Positions 56,740 to 64,000 of a DNA stretch of 64,000 nucleotides are shown here, in pieces. Position 1 is the stretch's first letter; each line of letters opens with the position of its first letter. The position numbers were made by a program, and so were the translations under genes. Below the pieces are notes generated by a model that did no database searches, was not told the origin of the DNA, and worked only from the letters and a program-made list of their open reading frames with translations. Source of the DNA: Escherichia coli (GTDB lineage: Bacteria; Pseudomonadota; Gammaproteobacteria; Enterobacterales; Enterobacteriaceae). The stretch lies in the NCBI RefSeq assembly GCF_011045215.1, contig NZ_CP049201.1. One strand, written 5' to 3'.

Positions 56740-57123
56740 TCATTTCTGTAAAAAACCCATACCGTGGCCCAGGCGATTTGAAATTTTCCCGGCAAGCATC
56801 CGGCGAATATGTTTTTCGTTGATGATGTCGTGAGTGACCGGATCTTCACCTTTCATACATTCCGGCATCTGGTCAAACAATACGGAAGCGCCTTCATCAA
56901 TAATCTCAGTTAAGACTGCTGGCAGCATATTAATGATGCGTTCTGCTTCGTCGTTCATTGCTTTATCGAACGCTTTTTTATCCATTGCTTCGGCGGATGG
57001 TTTGTAATTGTCGCCAGTCAGGTTAAGGTAAGTGTTGTTTGGGTGATACATGGCATTCACTCCTTTTACTTTGATTGTTGCGATTTCTTTGTTTTTGTTA
57101 ATTGTGGTGCCTTTGACTTTCAT
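56740..57123 (-). CDS. Hypothetical island protein (127 aa)
   Basis: ORF track; ATGA start/stop overlap with the upstream HNH-like gene. Confidence 0.45.
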   Translation of the reverse strand: MKVKGTTINKNKEIATIKVKGVNAMYHPNNTYLNLTGDNYKPSAEAMDKKAFDKAMNDEAERIINMLPAVLTEIIDEGASVLFDQMPECMKGEDPVTHDIINEKHIRRMLAGKISNRLGHGMGFLQK

Positions 57124-57539
57124 GCTGCTTCTTCCTTCAATAATTGTGGCAATTTGCCTGTTAGTTCGATTTCTTCATTAATAGATGCAAGTAACTGTCT
57201 CAGTTTGCGATGTAATAGCTGGTGACGCTCTCTCGGCATTTTTACCAGGTTGCTTAAGCGGTTATTCTGCGGATCGTAGTCCCGGTGATGGATATCATAT
57301 TTTCGCTCATCGTAAACACCGTAGCACCATAACCAGGCAGCCTTTTCTATTGTCATGCAGGTACGTTTTCCGTTGCTTAAACAAATGGTTATACTCAGGT
57401 GACCGCGATGTTTTTCGTTTAAGCTGCCTTTAATTACCTGGCCTGTGCTGCGGTTGTGAAATAAACCAGTTTCAGGGTCGTAGTGATATTTCTGTCGTAA
57501 TATATCAACTGATAACCGTAGTCTTGTAAGATTGTCCAT
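57120..57539 (-). CDS. HNH-family endonuclease-like protein
   Basis: 139 aa; AAWLWCYGVYDERKYDIHHRDYDPQNNRLSNL resembles the phage HNH_3 pattern (from memory). Confidence 0.55.
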   Translation of the reverse strand: MDNLTRLRLSVDILRQKYHYDPETGLFHNRSTGQVIKGSLNEKHRGHLSITICLSNGKRTCMTIEKAAWLWCYGVYDERKYDIHHRDYDPQNNRLSNLVKMPRERHQLLHRKLRQLLASINEEIELTGKLPQLLKEEAA

Positions 57540-57571
57540 GATGTTCTACCTCAATGTGATTGCTGTGTTAA

Positions 57572-57757
57572 TTATCTTTCTTCTTGTGGCCTATTCAGCC
57601 AGGCCTCGATCTCGCTACGCCAGAATAATAAACGACAATTTCGCGGCGTAAATGGTTGGGGTATTGTCTTATCTTTTAATAGCCATCTTCGAATCGTTCT
57701 TGTTGATACCCCCGCTATTAATGCGAAAGCTCGCAGATCTATAACTTCATCTCTCAT
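57572..57757 (-). CDS. AlpA-family transcriptional regulator
   Basis: Internal ATG with SD gaggt; MRDEVIDLRAFALIAGVSTRTIRRWL...LFWRSEIEAWL matches the AlpA HTH signature; the track's N-terminal extension is low-complexity repeat translation. Confidence 0.6.
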   Translation of the reverse strand: MRDEVIDLRAFALIAGVSTRTIRRWLLKDKTIPQPFTPRNCRLLFWRSEIEAWLNRPQEER

Positions 57758-57780
57758 GTTCTTACCTCGATTAAAAAGGA

Positions 57781-57839
57781 CCGCCCCCAGGGAAAGAAGA
57801 AAGAGGAAAGAGGAAAGAGGAAAAACTTCCTGGAGGCGG
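57781..57839. repeat. Homopurine heptamer repeat (GAAAGAR x4) inside an 11-bp inverted repeat
   Basis: ccgcccccagg [agggaaagaagaaagaggaaagaggaaagaggaaaaa] cttcctggaggcgg; 24-82 nt upstream of the AlpA-like start codon. Confidence 0.85.
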
Positions 57840-58537
57840 GTAATTCGGATTCCTTGAATCAATATCCCATGTGATACTTAATATTATAAAGGGCGGCGGG
57901 CTATGTCGCTATTTTTGCCATAGTGTGACACCATTAATTTATTAACAAAAAGTGCTATTTATTAAATCTTTTTTCGGCAGGTGCAAGAAAAATAATTGCG
58001 ACACGGTAGGGTAGCGGGCGATAATAATCATGTAAGGAGTAGCCACCTTACGCCTCCAAATGTGATCGATAAAAATAATAGTCTCAATTCTTTCTCCCGC
58101 TTCTCGGCGGTTTTTTTGCCTGCAATCACACATCAAAAAAACACATCGAATTGATATGCCTTTAAAACGCAATATAACGCATTTTGACGGCCTTAATTTT
58201 TGCCTATCCACTCGGAAGCGTAAGCCTGTTTTGATTCGTCTGGCGTGGAATGGTGCGGCGGTAATATCAGATCTCAGCGTTCTGTGTGGTGGGATGGAAT
58301 AGCCTGGCAGGATCTGCGTGTGATTTCATTCATCCAACCTTGGATGAATGGTCCGATCTGGTCAGTAGTCCGGCACAAATAAAAAGCGCCTGCGGGCGTA
58401 GCAGACGCTTTGTGTACAGGCTTATCAGTACGGGATGTGCACGAATGATTATACCACCCTCAGAAAAACGTTTGCTTTTGCACTTAAACGGATAAGTGGT
58501 ATTTCTTGGTCTTCATTGGTTTTAGCTCACCATAGGC

Positions 58538-58765
58538 TCATTTAGGTGCGCCCCTGTCGATAATTCGGTACATGTTCTCGGTATATCTCCCGTTAATCAC
58601 CGTTCTGGTAACAACAATCACACCGTTTTCCTCCAGAAAGGCAATGGCCCGCTTCACTCCCTGGCGGCTTACACCGGATAGCTGCGCCAGCCTGTCAATG
58701 GAGATGTTGTATTTGTCCGGCTGGCTTGTCAGGATCTGGAATACCGCTCGTGCTGTTTTCGTCAT
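58538..58765 (-). CDS. Winged-helix/HTH DNA-binding protein (75 aa), candidate island regulator
   Basis: ISIDRLAQLSGVSRQGVKRAIAFLEENGVIV HTH-like segment; divergent from the plus-strand cargo module. Confidence 0.5.
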   Translation of the reverse strand: MTKTARAVFQILTSQPDKYNISIDRLAQLSGVSRQGVKRAIAFLEENGVIVVTRTVINGRYTENMYRIIDRGAPK

Positions 58766-59037
58766 GGCAAAAACTCATTGAAATTGGATACCCTTAGAAC
58801 GCTCTCAAACGCTCCGTAATGCGATGAGAATTTTACCTAAGCAAGTGTAGCTCTTTATTAGTTTTATGATGCCGTAGGCCGATAGAAGGTGCGCTCTCTG
58901 AAGTTTCATTGTCTATCAGTGGTGGGTAATGCTGCCTTTACTATTGGCGTCAAGAAAATCACTGGTGTAGATTGGGCGAATAGTTTACTATTCAAACAAG
59001 GCACAATGGCCTTAGCGGATTGATGTCAGGAGATACC

Positions 59038-59385
59038 ATGTCAAAAATAGTTACTTTGTTTGCGACTAAGCGAGAAGGGAAATCCCTTTCTGTGCGCACT
59101 CGTAAGCCAAAAGCTATGACTGGCTTGCGTAAAACAAATCGTCTGACGCATCTTGACGCGTTAGCGTATCGACTAGGATACCAGTTGGTGCGCGGTAAAA
59201 GTGTCATGTTTCGCTACACTGCTACTCTCGATCACGAAGAAAACAAAGTGATGAATGCGGCCTCGCCTATGGCTGTACCACGAGTAAAAAAAATGACGTT
59301 CACACAAGCGTGTGATTTATCAAAAGATTTATTCGATTCACGAGAAGAACGCTTAAAGAGTGTAAGCTTTGATGGTCCAGAATGA
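59038..59385 (+). CDS. Hypothetical basic protein (115 aa), candidate antitoxin or partner of downstream gene
   Basis: ATG at 59038 with SD aggaga 5 nt upstream; stop overlaps the downstream start by 14 nt; AT-rich. Confidence 0.5.
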   Translation: MSKIVTLFATKREGKSLSVRTRKPKAMTGLRKTNRLTHLDALAYRLGYQLVRGKSVMFRYTATLDHEENKVMNAASPMAVPRVKKMTFTQACDLSKDLFDSREERLKSVSFDGPE

Positions 59386-59887
59386 ATTTATTGGTAAGGT
59401 CTACAGTGATAACAAGTTTAAAACAAACGATGAATTAAAGAGCTTTAAGGATTCGTTTATTTATCATTGGAGATATGGACATCATCCTGATTTTGGAAAG
59501 GATACTCTTTTCCATAAACCCCCGTGTGTATATCCTATCCATTTACGTAAAGTCCATGTAAATATTGGTCTTTATACCAATCAGTACGGCTATAGCGGGA
59601 CAGAACAATGCTGGGATGACTGGTCTACTGGTCGTTATGGTCCCGGTGGTTTCGAAAAAGTTACCCCTACATCTGATGCTTATCTTATATACGCTGTATG
59701 TAAAAATAGAAATGCTGGCGTGTTAGACTTCTGGTTTCCTCCCGCACACAAAAACGCTGAGTTCGAATCCTCTGTACAGTTTGTGGCTGAGATGGCTGAT
59801 AAGTTTTATGAGTCTATCAAGGCGGACCCGATGCCGCGCGATCAGAATCCTTGGCATACGGGGTATATAGTTAAAAAACCAGCCTGA
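59372..59887 (+). CDS. YafO-like toxin-domain candidate (171 aa)
   Basis: FIYHWRYGHHPDFGKDTLF...HLRKVHVN...SDAYLIYAV resembles remembered YafO motifs (FISYKRDG..PDTFGRDALY, HIHL, AHLVYC); family assignment unverified. Confidence 0.45.
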   Translation: MVQNEFIGKVYSDNKFKTNDELKSFKDSFIYHWRYGHHPDFGKDTLFHKPPCVYPIHLRKVHVNIGLYTNQYGYSGTEQCWDDWSTGRYGPGGFEKVTPTSDAYLIYAVCKNRNAGVLDFWFPPAHKNAEFESSVQFVAEMADKFYESIKADPMPRDQNPWHTGYIVKKPA

Positions 59888-60438
59888 TCCACGCAATACT
59901 GATTGTTTTTGGCCTTGTATGGTGTGGTCTGATTTGAGGCAAAATTATTTAATCCCTTAAAAAACTAACTTCAAAAGACTAAAACCAGGGGGATGGTCCC
60001 TCTCGCTCCGCTCCAGGTACCATCCCTGTCGGGATGGGTTTATTGTAGAGTTAAAATTAATTACTCACATCGTCACACCTTGCGAAAGTTTTGCTCAATT
60101 ATCATTCAAACATAGCACAAAAAATATTCGATTTAGTTAGTGTGCACTGACTTTTTTATCAATTTACTTTCATTCGAAAGTCATGGGTTAAATATTAATC
60201 ATCTGGCTGTGGCACGCATGGATTCACCGAGGGTATTTTGGACCATTTGGTCAAAATTCATAAGTACATGATTTCATGGTGATTTATTTTTCTGTATCTT
60301 GCTTTCATTCGAAAGTGGAAACGAAGAATTGGCAATTTATTGATTCAGATCATTGACATTGCATATTTGTGGCGGTTGTCACGGTTGTTTTTTGAGCGCT
60401 TCAACCGTCGATATTGAGTATAAACCCGGCCTTATAGT

Positions 60439-61644
60439 TCACGGTTCAAGTGGATTACCGTCACCAGCCAATATTGAATCAATAGCGTCGGCGTAATCCT
60501 GCATCATTGCTCGCCGTTGCTTCAGGTAGGCCGCCTGGTTATAAACGCCGCGCACACCTTTCGGGACGTGGGCCAATTGGATTTCGATCCAGTCTGGTGA
60601 GTATCTGCCAGACTCATTAAGCGCCGTTGAAAAGGTGGTCCGCCAGCCATGACCAGTGGCAATGGATTTATAGCCGATCCTCTCAAGCGCCTTCAGTATC
60701 GCGCTGGCTGAAAGTGGCTTATCCATGAATCGACCAGGGAAGACGAAAGCACTGTATCCGCTCCTTGTAAACTGGTCCTGTAATAGCTCCACCGCCTGCC
60801 GTGATAGCGGGACCACATGCGGGCGGCGGGCCTTCATGACTTCAGCGGGCAATGTGATTGTTGCGTCCTCCAGGTTTATCCATTCCCAACGGCACAAACG
60901 CAGTTCTGCGGTCCTTAATGCCGTTAATATAAGCAAACGTATTGCCGTCTGAATCTGGACGCTCCCGGCCCTCTCAAGGGCTTTGTAGAAGGCCGGAATT
61001 TCACTAATCGGTATCCACGCGTTGTGACCAGGTCGGCGGGCCTTCAGTGCCGTATCAAGATCTGCAACCGGATTCCTCGTTACCAGTTCGGTGATAACGG
61101 CAAACTTGAAGATCTCACCGATGCGCTGGCGTAGCTTGCGGGCCTGCTCCGGTGCGGTACGTTCTTTCTTCTGGAGTAATGCCAGCACGTCACGGGCGGT
61201 TATATCGACAATCGACCGCTTGCCAAGTACCGGATAGACGTCTTTTTCTAGGGCCGATCTGACCTGTTTTGCATAGGATTCCGACCACCCTCCAACCCTA
61301 GTAGCAAACCAGTCTTCCGCCACCTTCTTAAATCCTGCCGCCATGTTGAGCGCATCAATGGCTTTTTCCTTGCGGGCTTGTTCCACTGGGTTAATTCCAT
61401 TGGCAATAAGGGATCTGCTCTCCGTGGCGCGCCTGCGTGCTTCTTTGAGTGTGATTAGCGGGTAAACACCAATAGCCTGCAAAAACTCTCGTTTATTCAA
61501 CCAATACCTGAATCGCCAGTATTTCGAACCGTTGGGATGCACCAGCAAAAACAGCCCCGGCGTCAGTGAATCGGTGAGTTTATAGGGCTTGTCCTGCGGC
61601 TGTGCGGCGTCTATGGCCTTTGCTGTGAGTGGTGTCTTGCTCAA
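60439..61644 (-). CDS. intZ: P4-type tyrosine integrase
   Basis: 401-aa ORF; N-terminal arm-binding-like domain plus catalytic region (HGWRTT...RGVYN); at the island edge next to eutB as for CPZ-55 IntZ. Confidence 0.85.
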   Translation of the reverse strand: MSKTPLTAKAIDAAQPQDKPYKLTDSLTPGLFLLVHPNGSKYWRFRYWLNKREFLQAIGVYPLITLKEARRRATESRSLIANGINPVEQARKEKAIDALNMAAGFKKVAEDWFATRVGGWSESYAKQVRSALEKDVYPVLGKRSIVDITARDVLALLQKKERTAPEQARKLRQRIGEIFKFAVITELVTRNPVADLDTALKARRPGHNAWIPISEIPAFYKALERAGSVQIQTAIRLLILTALRTAELRLCRWEWINLEDATITLPAEVMKARRPHVVPLSRQAVELLQDQFTRSGYSAFVFPGRFMDKPLSASAILKALERIGYKSIATGHGWRTTFSTALNESGRYSPDWIEIQLAHVPKGVRGVYNQAAYLKQRRAMMQDYADAIDSILAGDGNPLEP

Positions 61645-61832
61645 AACCGGATACCTTGATTTAACGACTGGATAACCCCGATCATGTATCCGGCGCGTTC
61701 GGTTGCGTTCGGCAGGATAAGTAACGGGCGTATTAAGTGGAACACCTTACAGGACAAGGGCTAACGATGAAATAGAATTGTTTGCAGGCTGTGAGAAATG
61801 TTAATCGTCACTTCTTCCTGAGGGAACGACTT

Positions 61833-63194
61833 ATGAAACTAAAGACCACATTGTTCGGCAATGTATATCAGTTTAAGGATGTAAAAGAGGTGCTGGCTAA
61901 AGCCAACGAACTGCGTTCGGGGGATGTGCTGGCGGGCGTCGCAGCGGCAAGCTCACAGGAGCGCGTGGCGGCAAAGCAGGTGTTGTCGGAAATGACCGTA
62001 GCGGACATCCGCAATAATCCGGTGATTGCCTATGAAGATGACTGCGTGACGCGGCTGATTCAGGACGATGTTAACGAAACGGCCTACAACCAGATTAAAA
62101 ACTGGAGCATCAGCGAACTGCGTGAGTATGTGCTGAGCGATGAAACCAGCGTGGACGACATTGCCTTTACCCGCAAAGGGCTGACCTCGGAAGTGGTCGC
62201 GGCGGTAGCGAAGATTTGCTCCAACGCGGACCTGATCTACGGCGCGAAGAAAATGCCGGTAATCAAAAAGGCCAATACCACCATCGGTATTCCGGGCACC
62301 TTCAGCGCCCGTTTGCAGCCAAATGACACTCGTGACGACGTGCAAAGTATCGCCGCGCAAATCTACGAAGGGCTTTCCTTCGGGGTGGGCGATGCGGTGA
62401 TCGGCGTTAACCCGGTGACTGACGACGTGGAAAACTTAAGCCGCGTGCTGGATACCATTTATGGCGTGATCGACAAATTCAACATCCCAACTCAGGGCTG
62501 CGTACTGGCGCACGTCACCACTCAGATCGAAGCGATTCGTCGTGGCGCACCAGGCGGGCTGATTTTCCAGAGTATCTGTGGCAGTGAAAAAGGGCTGAAA
62601 GAGTTTGGCGTGGAACTTGCGATGCTCGACGAAGCGCGCGCAGTGGGTGCAGAGTTCAACCGTATCGCCGGGGAAAACTGCCTCTACTTCGAAACCGGAC
62701 AAGGTTCAGCGCTATCCGCTGGCGCTAACTTCGGCGCAGACCAGGTGACGATGGAAGCACGTAACTATGGGCTGGCGCGTCATTACGATCCGTTTATCGT
62801 CAACACCGTGGTCGGCTTTATTGGGCCGGAGTATCTCTACAACGACCGCCAGATTATCCGTGCGGGCTTAGAAGATCACTTTATGGGCAAGCTGAGCGGC
62901 ATCTCTATGGGCTGTGACTGCTGTTACACCAACCACGCTGACGCTGACCAGAACCTCAACGAAAACCTGATGATCCTGCTCGCCACCGCAGGCTGCAACT
63001 ACATCATGGGGATGCCGTTGGGCGATGACATCATGCTCAACTACCAGACCACGGCCTTCCACGACACTGCCACTGTGCGTCAGTTACTCAACCTGCGCCC
63101 GTCACCGGAGTTTGAACGCTGGCTGGAAAGCATGGGCATTATGGCAAACGGTCGCTTGACCAAACGGGCGGGCGATCCGTCACTGTTCTTCTGA
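61833..63194 (+). CDS. eutB: Ethanolamine ammonia-lyase large subunit EutB
   Basis: ATG at 61833 gives MKLKTTLFGNVYQFKDVKEVLAKANE (453 aa); SD gaggga. Confidence 0.9.
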   Translation: MKLKTTLFGNVYQFKDVKEVLAKANELRSGDVLAGVAAASSQERVAAKQVLSEMTVADIRNNPVIAYEDDCVTRLIQDDVNETAYNQIKNWSISELREYVLSDETSVDDIAFTRKGLTSEVVAAVAKICSNADLIYGAKKMPVIKKANTTIGIPGTFSARLQPNDTRDDVQSIAAQIYEGLSFGVGDAVIGVNPVTDDVENLSRVLDTIYGVIDKFNIPTQGCVLAHVTTQIEAIRRGAPGGLIFQSICGSEKGLKEFGVELAMLDEARAVGAEFNRIAGENCLYFETGQGSALSAGANFGADQVTMEARNYGLARHYDPFIVNTVVGFIGPEYLYNDRQIIRAGLEDHFMGKLSGISMGCDCCYTNHADADQNLNENLMILLATAGCNYIMGMPLGDDIMLNYQTTAFHDTATVRQLLNLRPSPEFERWLESMGIMANGRLTKRAGDPSLFF

Positions 63195-63215
63195 TGACGC
63201 GGAGATAACACATCA

Positions 63216-64000
63216 TGGATCAAAAACAGATTGAAGAAATTGTACGCAGCGTGATGGCGTCAATGGGACAAACGGCCACCGCGCCGTCAGAAGCAAAGTG
63301 CACCACCACCACCTGTGCGGCACCGGTGACCTCGGAAAGCTGCGCGCTGGATTTAGGTTCTGCGGAAGCAAAAGCGTGGATTGGTGTTGAAAACCCACAT
63401 CGTGCGGATGTGTTAACAGAACTGCGTCGCAGCACCGTGGCCCGCGTTTGTACCGGTCGTGCCGGTCCGCGTCCGCGTACCCAGGCGTTGCTGCGTTTCC
63501 TGGCCGATCACTCTCGTTCGAAAGATACCGTACTTAAAGAAGTGCCGGAAGAGTGGGTGAAAGCGCAGGGCTTGCTGGAAGTACGCTCTGAAATTAGCGA
63601 CAAAAATCTCTACCTGACTCGCCCGGATATGGGCCGCCGCCTGTGTGCAGAAGCTGTTGAAGCGCTGAAAGCACAGTGTGTTGCTAATCCGGACGTACAG
63701 GTCGTTATTTCTGATGGCCTGTCAACTGATGCCATCACTGTGAACTACGAAGAGATCCTGCCGCCGCTGATGGCGGGCCTGAAACAGGCCGGGCTGAAAG
63801 TCGGCACGCCATTCTTTGTTCGTTATGGTCGCGTGAAGATTGAAGATCAGATCGGTGAGATCCTCGGCGCGAAAGTGGTGATCCTGCTGGTGGGGGAACG
63901 TCCGGGGTTAGGGCAGTCAGAAAGCCTCTCCTGCTACGCCGTTTACTCGCCGCGTATGGCGACCACCGTTGAGGCCGATCGCACCTGTATCTCTAACATT
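63216..64000 (+). CDS. eutC: Ethanolamine ammonia-lyase small subunit EutC (3' end beyond window)
   Basis: ATG at 63216 gives [18 protein letters not shown]; open to window end. Confidence 0.85.

Larger units (their letters stand above)
52080..61813. mobile_element. Integrative island / cryptic prophage remnant inserted between eutA and eutB (CPZ-55 site), P4-type integrase at right end
   Basis: Interrupts a conserved operon exactly between eutA stop and eutB start; tyrosine integrase; AlpA-like regulators; AT-rich composition; 8-bp direct repeat cttcctga at 52072-52079 and 61814-61821. Exact boundaries are inferred. Confidence 0.8.

Noticed and set aside
57758-57862. N-terminal extension of the AlpA-like ORF (track start 57862, FPLSSFLFLLSLG)
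   Set aside because: The extension is just the homopurine repeat translated; an internal ATG with a good SD gives a normal-length AlpA protein
58286-58495. 69-aa plus-strand ORF in the large island intergenic region
   Set aside because: No RBS and no coding-like composition; more likely regulatory or non-coding DNA
57863-58537. Retron (reverse transcriptase plus msr/msd) in the long non-coding region
   Set aside because: No reverse-transcriptase-sized ORF anywhere in the island and no characteristic long flanking inverted repeats

Overview
Enterobacterial (E. coli-type) chromosomal segment, almost entirely core genome, with one accessory island. Gene calls rest on the supplied ORF track plus my recall of E. 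coli protein N-termini, lengths and motifs; no database search was possible, so product names are recognition-based, not verified. Order: bepA (partial), perM, focB, the hydrogenase-4 operon hyfRJIHGFEDCBA (minus strand, with a sigma54-type promoter upstream of hyfA and an apparent frameshift in hyfE), bcp, gcvR, dapA-bamC, purC, ypfJ, tmcA, ypfH, ypfN, dapE, yffB, ypfM, acrD, narQ, aegA, nudK, ypfG, tktB-talA, maeB, then the ethanolamine-utilisation operon eutSPQTDMNEJGHA. Between eutA and eutB lies a ~9.7 kb island (about 52080-61813) with a P4-type tyrosine integrase, at the site of the K-12 CPZ-55 cryptic prophage but apparently with different cargo; eutB and the start of eutC follow. The island has no capsid, tail, terminase or primase genes. 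It holds about 14 small co-directional minus-strand genes (two AlpA-like regulators, an HNH-like nuclease, proteins with repeated acidic YF[ED] tails) and an AT-rich plus-strand two-gene module next to the integrase, whose second gene looks like a YafO-family toxin. That module is my best candidate for an undescribed toxin-antitoxin or defence system. The island also has several unusual repeat structures. REP/BIME elements occur in four intergenic gaps.
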